This document shows positions 23,419 through 33,167 of a stretch of 39,931 nt of DNA, piece after piece. Each line of letters starts with the position of its first letter. Position 1 is the stretch's first letter. The stretch is from assembly GCA_030624355.1 (NCBI GenBank), contig JAUXKG010000001.1, positions 1-39,931 of the forward strand. The letters run 5' to 3'. The notes below the pieces were generated by a model that had not been told where the DNA came from, ran no database searches, and worked only from the letters and a program-made list of their open reading frames with translations. The translations under genes were made by a program, and so were the position numbers. This stretch comes from Acidobacteriota bacterium (lineage in GTDB: Bacteria; Acidobacteriota; UBA6911; RPQK01; JADFOI01).

Positions 23419-25202
23419 CGCCTTGACTCCCTCGCCGACCTGTCGACCATGTAGTTCCAGCTGACCAAACGGAATGGACCATCCAGCTGCGCTGACCACC
23501 TGATCGCCAGCTGTGCTGCCCTGCGGGACAGCCGCGTTCTCCAGATCTCATTCACTACGTCTTGCGTTTCACCGACAAACTCGAAGTTGTCACGGTCGTC
23601 AATCTTGATCGAGGCATTCATGAAATCGTTTCGGTTCTTCCGAATGATTTCAGATTCAAGCTCGTGCCAACGCTTCTTTACTGTCGGGGTCTTAACGTCC
23701 TGCTGCCCACTCTCCCAGAAGTACTCAATGGAGTTGCCATCATCGTTAGCCCCGTCGCCATACGTGGTGACCTGGCCGTCGTCGAAGCCCAGCTTGATCT
23801 CTCTCAGGTTTGTCAGTGAGTCGGTGATCAGACCGCAGTACTGGACGCCCGGGATGTCCCACCTCGTCCACGACTGCTTATTAACAACCTGGCTGTTTCG
23901 ATAGAAGTAGACCAGCAGTGCGTCGTTCGTAACAGAGGTACCGTCGGAGTACACCCACCACACCGCTGAGTTCTCCCAGTCGTGGACTCCTTTGATGAGG
24001 AAGTCCCGAGCAAAATTCCGTGACAGCCAGCGAGGTTTAACAGGACGACTGACCTCGAACACTCTGGACAAGTCATAGGCATAGACACCATTCTCGCTCA
24101 AAAAGTAGATGAGATTGTCCACAGGCACAATGCTGAAAGGAGCAAGACATCCACGGTCGACAATCGTCCTGCGCGGGAATAGCGTACCCACACTATTGCC
24201 AGACACAAGCCAGATAGAAGACTGCGTGAAAACGACCAGCTCTCCCTGAAACTGAAGCAGACCTGTAATACGATCATCAATAGTGAAGAAGTTTCCAAGT
24301 ACCGTCTTACCGACGGGGCTAAAGTAGATGTTGTTCGGCTCATCATCTATTCCTGCGGCGAAGACCGTCCCCGCGTTCGTTGCGACGAACCGGATATCAG
24401 GAAACCGAGGATCAAACGTAAGGGGGGCGAGATCAGTCGTATCGACATTGTTATCAGGGATTCGGTCAATGAACGTGGTCGTCGTGGAATCCACTTCGGT
24501 GATGAAGAACCAGTCTGCTTCAAAGTTCGACACCTTTCTCCTGAATATACGGTACTTATCTACACGGGTATCCAGGGTCGTGTTAAAGCTGGTCAGCTCA
24601 ACGTTTTGGTTTTCAACAGTAACAGTGGTCGTAACTTCAAGGCCAGCTGTAGTGTCAGCCTGGTTAGTCGACGGAGACGCTGGGCTCTCTTGGCCCCACT
24701 CCGATGAGAAGAAGACGAACTTGTAGTCATACTCACCGTTAAGCATTCCATCCCCAATCGCACCGTTAGGGATTGCGTCAGGGGCGAATGCAGGCTTGGT
24801 GATTTGCCAGTCAAAGAGATCCGTCCCGTCGGTAACTTTCGGAGTGCCGCCATGGGCAATGTACACCCTGTTGTTCAGCGAGAGGAACTGAGCCAGGTTG
24901 CCAGCCGTAAGAACAGGCCCTCCAATTGCTGTAAAGACCGTGCCAGAAAGTGAGAACAGCTGAGGACCGGCCTTAACCAGAAAAATCCGAGTACTGTCGT
25001 TCTGTCGGTAGTCGTGAGTACCCTCGATTGGAAATCCATTAGGGGCCGTTGCGCCCGAGTCAAAACCAAGACGAGCGTCAATAGAACTTTGATCAAGCAT
25101 ACAGTTGAGCGCGTCACGTGCTTCTCGAGGGTCAATCTCCCTCGACTCCGTAGTCTGGTTGATCCCAATGAATGGGCCACCGATCGTGATGGGAGTAGGC
25201 AT
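23415..25202 (-). CDS. Tail tubular protein B / nozzle-like structural protein (595 aa)
   Basis: Large beta-rich protein directly after the adaptor-like gene and before the tail fibre. Positional analogy to T7 gp12. Confidence 0.65.
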   Translation of the reverse strand: MPTPITIGGPFIGINQTTESREIDPREARDALNCMLDQSSIDARLGFDSGATAPNGFPIEGTHDYRQNDSTRIFLVKAGPQLFSLSGTVFTAIGGPVLTAGNLAQFLSLNNRVYIAHGGTPKVTDGTDLFDWQITKPAFAPDAIPNGAIGDGMLNGEYDYKFVFFSSEWGQESPASPSTNQADTTAGLEVTTTVTVENQNVELTSFNTTLDTRVDKYRIFRRKVSNFEADWFFITEVDSTTTTFIDRIPDNNVDTTDLAPLTFDPRFPDIRFVATNAGTVFAAGIDDEPNNIYFSPVGKTVLGNFFTIDDRITGLLQFQGELVVFTQSSIWLVSGNSVGTLFPRRTIVDRGCLAPFSIVPVDNLIYFLSENGVYAYDLSRVFEVSRPVKPRWLSRNFARDFLIKGVHDWENSAVWWVYSDGTSVTNDALLVYFYRNSQVVNKQSWTRWDIPGVQYCGLITDSLTNLREIKLGFDDGQVTTYGDGANDDGNSIEYFWESGQQDVKTPTVKKRWHELESEIIRKNRNDFMNASIKIDDRDNFEFVGETQDVVNEIWRTRLSRRAAQLAIRWSAQLDGPFRLVSWNYMVDRSARESRR

Positions 25203-25867
25203 TAGCCCCTACCTTGCCAGTCTACAACGTGAACATAACGAGGCTGCTGCCTCTGCCTCTGACTCGTCGTCCTGACAATCTCATCGATCCCCTGGTTCAG
25301 CTCATCTAACATGGGGAACGGTTGGTTTTCAATGGCCATGGCAAGCTTTGCTGCCTGGAGAGCAATGATACCGTGAAAGTCTGGGGGGATTGCGATCGGA
25401 ACGTCACCTTCATCACTCAGCTCAGGGATGGAAAATGAGTACCAGAGCCTGGCAGTGTAATCCTCGTTCGGAGTGACGATTCCAAAACGCTGACCAATCA
25501 TGTAAGCTGCCGGACGATTATGACTCCGAATCTTGTGGGGAGGCCACGGCTCCCATTCATGCCTCTCTGGCATGTCGACCCAGTAGAAAGGAATGGGGTC
25601 GCCACTACTGATGCCTTCCTGGAGTCTCTCCAGAAGTTTGATTCTCTTGAAGTCAGCGGGGAGATCAAAGACCAGGTCAGTCTGTGAGGCAGTTACGGTG
25701 TACCCCTGACATTTGACGAAGTAGTCCTCGTCGACAGTCTCCAGCTTTCGGGCCATCATGCGCTGAGCTTCATTGAGCAGCCTGGCTGCCTGGTCTGTCT
25801 TGAACAGATCTTTGGCCTGATCATCAATGTAGTCGTAGAACGCTGTTCTCAGTTCAGCAAAGTTCAT
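25202..25867 (-). CDS. Head-tail adaptor / tail tubular protein A-like protein (221 aa)
   Basis: ATG at 25867 (MNFAELRTAFYDYIDD...) overlaps the stop of the 53-aa ORF (ATGA). The listed ORF starts 9 nt earlier at a GTG. The call is positional. Confidence 0.65.
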   Translation of the reverse strand: MNFAELRTAFYDYIDDQAKDLFKTDQAARLLNEAQRMMARKLETVDEDYFVKCQGYTVTASQTDLVFDLPADFKRIKLLERLQEGISSGDPIPFYWVDMPERHEWEPWPPHKIRSHNRPAAYMIGQRFGIVTPNEDYTARLWYSFSIPELSDEGDVPIAIPPDFHGIIALQAAKLAMAIENQPFPMLDELNQGIDEIVRTTSQRQRQQPRYVHVVDWQGRG

Positions 25868-26025
25868 GTTATGCACTCACACAGATCATCGATTGATTGC
25901 CCTGGGAGGTCTGTAGCCGTACAAATGTCGTCGATATCTATTCCTGGCGGACACACGGCGACGACGACAAGCGCATCGCCTGTTGATCCAAATGACTGAG
26001 ATCCGAATGCTTCTCCGCCAAACAT
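25864..26025 (-). CDS. Cys-rich 53-aa protein (not in ORF track)
   Basis: Manual translation of the minus strand gives MFGGEAFGSQSFGSTGDALVVVAVCPPGIDIDDICTATDLPGQSIDDLCECIT. GAGG lies 4 nt upstream. It fills the only gap in this part of the operon and ends in an ATGA overlap. Confidence 0.45.
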   Translation of the reverse strand: MFGGEAFGSQSFGSTGDALVVVAVCPPGIDIDDICTATDLPGQSIDDLCECIT

Positions 26026-26031
26026 GATGCC

Positions 26032-27807
26032 TCACACATTATTGGAAAACGCTGTCTCTACCCAATCGAGACCAATCTTCATGAGCGTCAGAACATCCCT
26101 TCCATTGACACTATTGAGAGTCCTGGAACCACCAGCATTCACAAAAATGTTACCTGCTCCACTAACGACAGTGATCGCATTGGTGGCACCACGAAGGTAA
26201 ATGATCTCTCCAGTCTGAGCTATGGGCGACTCAGTTATCGTGTTAAGAGTGTCCGGAGCTGCACCTTCACCGACAACAAGAACCACCTGCTCTCTAAGAG
26301 GGAATATGACCCCACCAGAAATGCCCCGACTGGCTGGAGTTCCAGAAATCCCCCATGGCCCAAGACTGACGTTCTGGTTGACATTCCCAGTCTTGAATCC
26401 GAACCGCTCACCATCAAACCATAAGTCTCCAGGCAGAGGAGCATTGGAGGCGATAGGCTGCGCGTCCATGTGAATAGCGCCCCTGGTCACGTTTGAGGCG
26501 CTGGGTCGAATGTCCAACACTGTAGCAGTGGTGGCCTCAGAGTCGATCACAAGTGCAGGAGCATTCGCGTTCTGATCGAGAAGTGTGTTAATCGCCGCAA
26601 GGTTTTGAACAACTTCAAGTTGAGCACTTAGGGGGGAAACTGTGTTGATCCCTACAAACCCATTAGCAAGCTGGATAAAGAGTGCAGGGTTGGTGAATGA
26701 CAGACGACCGATTACATAGCCACTTACAGATTCGTCGTGTCCAGTTTCCCAAATTGGCGCGCCGGACTGAAGGAACGCAATGCTTACATCATCTGCTATG
26801 CTTGACGCCTCGAGACGAATCCTTGCCGCAACGGCTGCTGGCTCGAAGACATGCAGGGTGTCCTGGATAGAAGTGACATTGACCCCAACACGCCGTGTCG
26901 ACCCATCCATCGTCAGCATGTCAACGAACACGTCATCCGAGATGTCAGCGTCCTGTTCTCCACGCTGAATGTGGAACATATCAGCTGTAACATTGGCAGC
27001 TGTTCGCCAGTTGAAATTGGCCAGATCAGTCTCCCACTCAATCATCGGAATCGAATGGTTGATGCGAAGGCCATCTGCCCCCTGAAGTTCGACAGGACCA
27101 TCCGTGGTAAGGACAATCCTACCGGCTCCAGGTCCACCCGAATCATAGGCACCATCAAGACTGACCGTAGCAGTCGCTGCCGTTGTCGACCACACGCCAG
27201 CAGCGTCAATCTGCAGAAACTCAGGGCCTGCAGGAAGAGCAGCGAGGAGAGTCATAGCCACGTCTCCCGCCAGAGAGGCGGGAGACTGTAGCGTTACTGC
27301 ACTCGTACCGTTCGCTGTATCCTCAAGAAACCTTAGTGAGCCAACGCCAGGAGTGGTGACAGCCAGGTCAATCTGTTCAGCAAAGAGAGTTGGAACCTGC
27401 ACATTCTTAGTTGTGACCAGGTTGCCAGCCACGAAATTGAAGAGACGATCATCGATGTCATCAACGTACTTCGCGTTCATGGGAGCCACGAGCCAGTACG
27501 TGACACCACTCGCGTTGAGGTCAAACGGGCTGGCTCCCCGGGTAACCGTAAGCGTCTGGAGTCCAACGTCTCGAGTCGTGACCCTGACCCTCTCGGCGAC
27601 GCCAGCCCGATTAGCATCCCCAACATTCGGAAAGTTTGGCTCCCTCGCCCACACCCAGGCAAAGTAACCCAAGGCGCCAGGGTCGGGGAAATTCGTAATG
27701 TCTCCAACCTGATCCGCAAGCTCAAACGTCGTGTCTGTCGACGTGAGTGGCGTGTTTGTCAGTGGAGCAATTGACAGGTCGAGGGCTGGATCGAGGATGG
27801 TCGTCAT
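26032..27807 (-). CDS. Fibre / spike-like virion protein (591 aa)
   Basis: The N-terminal ...VAERVRVTTRDVGLQTLTVTRGASPF... resembles the conserved N-terminal anchor of prophage tail-fibre proteins (recall-based). The rest is a long beta-rich, Asn/Thr/Gly-rich region. Confidence 0.6.
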   Translation of the reverse strand: MTTILDPALDLSIAPLTNTPLTSTDTTFELADQVGDITNFPDPGALGYFAWVWAREPNFPNVGDANRAGVAERVRVTTRDVGLQTLTVTRGASPFDLNASGVTYWLVAPMNAKYVDDIDDRLFNFVAGNLVTTKNVQVPTLFAEQIDLAVTTPGVGSLRFLEDTANGTSAVTLQSPASLAGDVAMTLLAALPAGPEFLQIDAAGVWSTTAATATVSLDGAYDSGGPGAGRIVLTTDGPVELQGADGLRINHSIPMIEWETDLANFNWRTAANVTADMFHIQRGEQDADISDDVFVDMLTMDGSTRRVGVNVTSIQDTLHVFEPAAVAARIRLEASSIADDVSIAFLQSGAPIWETGHDESVSGYVIGRLSFTNPALFIQLANGFVGINTVSPLSAQLEVVQNLAAINTLLDQNANAPALVIDSEATTATVLDIRPSASNVTRGAIHMDAQPIASNAPLPGDLWFDGERFGFKTGNVNQNVSLGPWGISGTPASRGISGGVIFPLREQVVLVVGEGAAPDTLNTITESPIAQTGEIIYLRGATNAITVVSGAGNIFVNAGGSRTLNSVNGRDVLTLMKIGLDWVETAFSNNV

Positions 27808-28352
27808 TTCATGTACCTGCGTTTACCCCAATCGCTTGTGATCGAGCACCGGCCGTCGATGCACCACTTCAGGTGCTTGGCCACCTCTTCGCTCATCTGC
27901 ATCCGCTGGTCATCCCAGTGGGCCAGTCGTTTGTCCTCGTGGTCTTCGAGACCCTGGAGGTACTCCCGTCTCGCCCGCTTTGGGCTTTTCGATCCATTCG
28001 CAAACTTGTCTGCCCACCTCAGCCAGTCAAGAAGCCAGAAGCCTGGCCGCTCTCCATCGAGATCCCATTCATACACCAGAAGATCATCGGCCTGGTTGTG
28101 CACATTGCCCAGGATCTTGGAGTACAATAGAAACCTGTTCAGGAGAGGATTCCAATGAAGCTCGAGCCTCGGGTCCTGCTCCTTCAGGCGTCGAAGAAAT
28201 GCCCGGCTTAGGTCCACGGGAGAAGTGGCTGTAAGTAACTCCCCCCGCCGTACAACCGTCCTTCGCCGGGCATCTCTTTTACGCTTTCGCTTTTCGGCCG
28301 TCGAGTGACTTCCAGACCTCGAGACCGGAACATTGAACGCTGGTCCAGACAT
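27804..28352 (-). CDS. Hypothetical basic protein (182 aa)
   Basis: Listed ORF. KRKRKRDARRR tract. ATGA overlap with the downstream gene. No SD upstream. Confidence 0.6.
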   Translation of the reverse strand: MSGPAFNVPVSRSGSHSTAEKRKRKRDARRRTVVRRGELLTATSPVDLSRAFLRRLKEQDPRLELHWNPLLNRFLLYSKILGNVHNQADDLLVYEWDLDGERPGFWLLDWLRWADKFANGSKSPKRARREYLQGLEDHEDKRLAHWDDQRMQMSEEVAKHLKWCIDGRCSITSDWGKRRYMK

Positions 28353-28360
28353 AAGTAAAT

Positions 28361-28388
28361 GGGCGGCGTGTCCGGAGACACGCCACCC
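28361..28388 (-). terminator. Intrinsic-terminator-like hairpin just downstream of the major capsid gene
   Basis: On the minus strand, GGGTGGCGTGTC-TCCG-GACACGCCGCCC forms a 12-bp stem with one G-T pair, followed by ATTTACTTAT. Confidence 0.5.
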
Positions 28389-28406
28389 CGCCTCCCGAAG
28401 AATCGG

Positions 28407-29666
28407 TTAGCTGATCGAAATCAACGCTGCATTGGCATTGGGCTGATCCGTAACAAGGTTCATGTAACGGAACAAGATGGCCTCATACGCATCCCGAGCA
28501 GGAATACGATTGAGAATAGAGCCATCTTCCTGCATCCAGTCCCAGTCACCCATGTGCGCGATCCACATGGTCGAGGTGTCAGCAAAGTAAATACGCTCAA
28601 ACGCGTCACCACTCGTGAGCGTTTCCGCGTCTTTGTCAGCCACCAGCGGCATACCGTTGAATTCAAGAGCCTTGTACCCAGAACTGAGGATGGTCTCGCC
28701 CCCAGGGGGATATCGACGAAGACTCTCAAGAACACTGGCATAGTCTCGCTTCAACGAGTGTGAAGTGATCAGCAAATTGATGTCAGAGTCGGTGTTGATG
28801 TCAGCCGTGTCGATAGTGAGCTGCATCTGATCGAGCGCATTACCGCCCACTCCACCGAACGTACCGGTATGAGTTGTGACCGACGCCTGCCAGAAAGGAT
28901 TGGTAGTCCTGTCGATTCCACCCAATAGAGAGGTGGCCGCCTGGTTGCCGGACTCTACAGGCGGATTGGCAGTAGAGATGATCGTCTCGAGGCCCCAGAT
29001 GTCATCACCGTGGGTATCCTCAAGCACAACCAGGTCCTCGTCATCTACCGTACTCACAATCGAGCCCACCGTAAAACTGGTTGGAGTGATGGGATTCCTT
29101 ACGTCCACACTATCACCCGAACCGACAGGCACAGCAGGAGGGCCAGAACTCAGGTCCATAATGTCAACGATCATGCCGACCTGAAGGTACTTCGTCGTGT
29201 TTACTTCGACGGTTACTGAACCAGTGGTCAGATTGCAGGTTGTCAGATTCCCGTCACCCTGACGAAGAATCTGGCGGTTGATCGACTGACGAAGGTCACG
29301 AGTGACACCGCGCATCTCCGAGTCGACAGCACGAATGAATGCGCCCTTGTTGTTCCTGGACGACTTGATAGTCGGCCCAGTCACGCGAATTCTGCCGTAC
29401 TGAAAACTGGTCGTATAGACCGCGTTGTCGTAAACCTGGGCACCCTGAGAGGTCTGTCCGGGGAGGTCCACGTCCTCCGCCCTGGAACCGATCGAGAAGT
29501 TACGACCGGTGTGGAGCGGAAGGAAGACCTGCTTCCCCTGGAAATCCTCCAGTCGTTTCTCCAACATGGAGACCGTGACACTTGAATTATTGAGCTGATC
29601 TCGGACTGGTCCGAGATAGTCAATCTTCAAGATGTCATCAAAAGCAGTAAGATCCAAACCAGCCAT
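28407..29666 (-). CDS. Major capsid protein (HK97-fold type, putative)
   Basis: 419 aa with a strong GGAGGAGG RBS. It directly follows the scaffold gene and is flanked by hairpins. The N-terminus MAGLDLTAFDDILKIDYLGPVRDQL... and overall composition are typical of phage major capsid proteins (recall-based). Confidence 0.85.
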   Translation of the reverse strand: MAGLDLTAFDDILKIDYLGPVRDQLNNSSVTVSMLEKRLEDFQGKQVFLPLHTGRNFSIGSRAEDVDLPGQTSQGAQVYDNAVYTTSFQYGRIRVTGPTIKSSRNNKGAFIRAVDSEMRGVTRDLRQSINRQILRQGDGNLTTCNLTTGSVTVEVNTTKYLQVGMIVDIMDLSSGPPAVPVGSGDSVDVRNPITPTSFTVGSIVSTVDDEDLVVLEDTHGDDIWGLETIISTANPPVESGNQAATSLLGGIDRTTNPFWQASVTTHTGTFGGVGGNALDQMQLTIDTADINTDSDINLLITSHSLKRDYASVLESLRRYPPGGETILSSGYKALEFNGMPLVADKDAETLTSGDAFERIYFADTSTMWIAHMGDWDWMQEDGSILNRIPARDAYEAILFRYMNLVTDQPNANAALISIS

Positions 29667-29730
29667 AGTGAGCCTCCTCCAGAATCCTTTCTATAGAAGC
29701 TCACTACAGCCAATGAGCTTGAACAAAAAA

Positions 29731-30528
29731 CTACGTGATCAGTTGTGTGTTAGCCACACGGCGAAGAGCCCTGTCACGAACTCTCCCGTGCATAAGGTCC
29801 CTGCCAGTCAGTGGCTTCTCTCCTGCTGGAGATGCGGTTGGTTCACCTCCAGGTCCAGCCTCCGCTGACGCGGCATCGCTCATCTTTCCATGCACCCATT
29901 GATCCTTCTTCTTGTTGAGTGCCGTACCAAAATCGTTAGCCACAGACTTCATCGCCTCCGCTTCTGTCATCCTCGGATTGACATTCAGAAGGGCGAGCGC
30001 GCTCTTGCGCCCGACTTCTGCGAGATCCGGATTGTCGGTGAATACCTCATGCTTCCCGACCTCTGCGTCGAGAGACTGATTTATCCGACTCGTCTCGTTC
30101 TGAACACGAGACTCGTAAGTGCCAGCATTGACCTGATTGCGGAGCTGGGCAATCTCATTTCTGAGCGCCGTAACAGGTTCATCCTCAGGTGCAGGCTGAC
30201 TACCAGGAAGCGGCTGTTGCTGTTGCTGTTGCTGCGGCTGCTGTCCAACAGCTCTCTGCTGCTCAATCGAAGACAGGCCAGCGAAAACAATCTGATCAAG
30301 CTGATCCTGGCTCATCTCGAACGGCTGGCCCATGTATACCGATCGAGCTACCCCAGATGGCTTAGCTGGAGTAGGTTCTGCTGCGACCGGATACTCACCA
30401 GCCTTCTGCGCTGGTTGCGCTGCAGGCTCTGCTGCCGGAGCAGGAGCCGGCTCTGCCACTGGGGCAGGCGCAGGCGCAGGCTCGGCTGCTGGAGTGGACT
30501 GCGGTTCTACGTTGGGTTCGTCAGGCAT
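29731..30528 (-). CDS. Scaffolding protein, putative
   Basis: 265 aa between portal and capsid. Low-complexity AEPAPAPAP N-terminus, poly-Q tract QQPQQQQQQQ, helical remainder. Confidence 0.7.
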   Translation of the reverse strand: MPDEPNVEPQSTPAAEPAPAPAPVAEPAPAPAAEPAAQPAQKAGEYPVAAEPTPAKPSGVARSVYMGQPFEMSQDQLDQIVFAGLSSIEQQRAVGQQPQQQQQQQPLPGSQPAPEDEPVTALRNEIAQLRNQVNAGTYESRVQNETSRINQSLDAEVGKHEVFTDNPDLAEVGRKSALALLNVNPRMTEAEAMKSVANDFGTALNKKKDQWVHGKMSDAASAEAGPGGEPTASPAGEKPLTGRDLMHGRVRDRALRRVANTQLIT

Positions 30529-30758
30529 TAAAAGCTCCTTTCCTGCATCCTTCGGAGGGCGTCCGCACGAATGTCAGCCAGCACTTTCTGACCGACCTTC
30601 ACAGGGTCCTGAAGACTTGTGAGCAGTTGCACTGGCCCCAAGATTCCTGTGATCTGATTACCAATTGGTTGTTCTGGAAGTAGTCTCGCCTCTTTCTTCT
30701 GGGGCTTTCCCTGCGGCCCACGCGTTCCCTTGTTGCCCAGACGTCTTCTCATTCCCAT
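30528..30758 (-). CDS. Small basic protein (76 aa)
   Basis: ATG at 30758 lies 1 nt after the portal stop (Met18 of listed ORF 30528..30809). TAATG overlap with the scaffold start. Confidence 0.45.
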   Translation of the reverse strand: MGMRRRLGNKGTRGPQGKPQKKEARLLPEQPIGNQITGILGPVQLLTSLQDPVKVGQKVLADIRADALRRMQERSF

Positions 30759-30759
30759 G

Positions 30760-32889
30760 TCAAATCCCCTGTGGAGTACGGGCCTGGGCAACTGAACGAG
30801 CAAGAGCATCTTCCGTGTTCACTCCCTGCTGGAGCTGCTGAAGGTCAGGCTGCTGAACGCCCTGTCCCTGTTCCTTGAGCTGTTGGTTCTGCTCATGCTG
30901 TGAACGGTGGTCCTGAAAAATGATGTCGATCTTCTCGTCGCGCTTCTCGGCATACTCAGGTGTCTTCTGGAAGGTTATCATCGCCTCGAGGTGGACTGCG
31001 TCATCGTCGTAGTCCTGAACCTCCATGGCGATGCCTTCCATCATGACGCGGTTTTCCTGACGCTGGTTAGCAAAGTCAAGCCGGGCAGTGTCGTAGAGCG
31101 GCTCTTCACTTCCCAGCTCAAGTAGTTCAAGTATGCGGCGTTTGTCAGCTACAATGTCAAGGACACCAGACTGAGCAAGCTCAGTGATGAACTGTCGTCG
31201 AGCATCCGGCGTTAGTGGAAGTTGACTGCCGATCTTGACACGGACGTCAAAGTAGTTGACGCCTGGCTTATCCTTGTTGGTGCCGATAAGATCGGACCCA
31301 AGGAATTCCTGAACTTCATACAAGTCATTCTTGCCTGAAATCTTCACCAGCCGGTTCTCTTTGATCTTCCGGCTGAGTAGCTCCATAGTCATGGAGCCGA
31401 ATTTCTCAAGTTGCTTCTCTATAACCAGGATCGTCGGGGCCAGGACGGAAGCATCCTGTTCCTGAAGGGCAACGATCGCACGACCTGCTCTCACTGATCC
31501 TGGTTGTTTGCCCTGCGAGACGTCGTGTATCTGGGACACGTCCTGAATGTCTGACCGAGCGAGTTCGAGTGTTTTGATCACATAGTTTGGTAGGGGTGGG
31601 GGGACTGACATTGTGGGCTGGTGCCCAAATGTGTGCCTGACAACCTCGCCCGGTTCAGACGTCAACGCATAGTCGCCAATATTCGCGCCCTCAGGTACAA
31701 GCCACTTGGGCCTGGACATCTGGTTACGGTTCTCAATGATCTGAGAGCGTCCTCGATTGTACTCGGCCTGAAGACTGATCGACTGCTCGAGCGCGCAGGT
31801 GGGCCAGAGTCTTCCAGGGACTCCGATCTCCTCGAAGAAGGAGTATGGGAGCGCGACCGATCCGTTCGCGCGGTACTGGTTTTGCCGGATGTCGAGGAGG
31901 GTGTCGTCTGCGACGACAGCGTAGATTCCTCGGTTGAACTTTCCAAACGGCAGAGCCCAGACTTCGTGGACGTTAACCATACTTTGATTTCCCCTGACGC
32001 CGGCAAGGGAAGATCGTCCGCCAGTAAATGTTGCAGACCCCGGCCCGGCAAGATCAGCAATCCTTTTTTCAAAGAAATGGAGGTCGTCTTCATCGTCAGC
32101 CTGGACGTCCTTTCCTTTCTTCGGGTACCTATCCTGCACCCACTCGACCGGCCGCATTGTCGTATCGATCAGCCAGGGTAAAGACTCGAAGGTTGTCGCC
32201 CACGGATCAGGATCAATCTGGAAAGGCGACTTCTGCTCAAGCACGGCCTCGCCCAGGTTGACCTTGTTCTCCCCCTTCTTCTCCAGCTTCTTCAAATCAT
32301 TGATGAGGTTCTTGTCCGTGACATCATCTGATGACAGCGTCACCTCGTTCGACTTCGTCGGGTCCCAGTGAAGCCGCCAGACACCCAGTCCAGTAGTAGT
32401 CATCCACATTATGGCATCCACCAGCTTCGTGTCGGCTTCAAGTGGACCACCCCAATAGTACTTCAGGACTTTCTCCTGGAGCCGTGCGGCAACTACGTCT
32501 TCAGCATCTCCTGTCGCAGGAACGACAGTAAACACGGGCTTCTGTCGCAAGATAGTGGACATAATCTTTCGGGCCACTCCTTGCACGAGATTTGCTGTGA
32601 GACGGACACGCCATGGCGGGGCTGTCGGTTGATAGAGCTGGCCTCTTGATTCATCCCATTCCAGCCACTGGTGCCCCATGTAGAATGCGATGTTGATGTA
32701 CCACTGTCGTTCAAGCCATGACCTCCGTGATCTGCGGGTGTCCCACATTCCACCAACGAAGTTGACCACGTCTTGAGGGTTCTTCCAGTCAACTGAGAAG
32801 AACGAGCGAAGCTTCCTCTGCTCGTTCACCTTTGGGTTGCGTTTGGCTTCCCTTGTCTGCCTGGGTACAACTCTGAGTGGCTGCGGCAT
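30760..32889 (-). CDS. Portal protein, putative
   Basis: 709 aa, located downstream of the terminase and upstream of scaffold and capsid. The assignment rests on size and order. Confidence 0.75.
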   Translation of the reverse strand: MPQPLRVVPRQTREAKRNPKVNEQRKLRSFFSVDWKNPQDVVNFVGGMWDTRRSRRSWLERQWYINIAFYMGHQWLEWDESRGQLYQPTAPPWRVRLTANLVQGVARKIMSTILRQKPVFTVVPATGDAEDVVAARLQEKVLKYYWGGPLEADTKLVDAIMWMTTTGLGVWRLHWDPTKSNEVTLSSDDVTDKNLINDLKKLEKKGENKVNLGEAVLEQKSPFQIDPDPWATTFESLPWLIDTTMRPVEWVQDRYPKKGKDVQADDEDDLHFFEKRIADLAGPGSATFTGGRSSLAGVRGNQSMVNVHEVWALPFGKFNRGIYAVVADDTLLDIRQNQYRANGSVALPYSFFEEIGVPGRLWPTCALEQSISLQAEYNRGRSQIIENRNQMSRPKWLVPEGANIGDYALTSEPGEVVRHTFGHQPTMSVPPPLPNYVIKTLELARSDIQDVSQIHDVSQGKQPGSVRAGRAIVALQEQDASVLAPTILVIEKQLEKFGSMTMELLSRKIKENRLVKISGKNDLYEVQEFLGSDLIGTNKDKPGVNYFDVRVKIGSQLPLTPDARRQFITELAQSGVLDIVADKRRILELLELGSEEPLYDTARLDFANQRQENRVMMEGIAMEVQDYDDDAVHLEAMITFQKTPEYAEKRDEKIDIIFQDHRSQHEQNQQLKEQGQGVQQPDLQQLQQGVNTEDALARSVAQARTPQGI

Positions 32890-32891
32890 TC

Positions 32892-33167
32892 CTATCTCGC
32901 TGCTATCTGAGCTTCAATCGCATCACTTCGTCGCATAGGCTCAAGCGACTGCTCATTCTCACGCCCCTGCAGAGCCAGGTAGTCATGCAGAGTCGCTGCG
33001 TGAATCCTGTTCTGAGCATCTTTGAGGAGGGCATGGAGAGCCTTCTGGTCTGCTTTCAGGCTCTCCACGGTTTCTCGGTGGGCCTCTCGCACGCGAGCGA
33101 GCGAGAAGTAAAAGATGAATGAGAGGAAAAATGTGTAGCCGATCAGGATGCCCAACTCCGGGGTCAT
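32892..33167 (-). CDS. Small membrane protein (91 aa)
   Basis: LGILIGYTFFLSFIFYFSL is an N-terminal TM helix, followed by a helical tail. Confidence 0.55.
   Translation of the reverse strand: MTPELGILIGYTFFLSFIFYFSLARVREAHRETVESLKADQKALHALLKDAQNRIHAATLHDYLALQGRENEQSLEPMRRSDAIEAQIAAR

Noticed and set aside
29890-30531. 213-aa plus-strand ORF opposite the scaffold gene
   Set aside because: It is an Leu/Arg-rich antisense shadow of the scaffold gene, which fits the late-operon coupling pattern.
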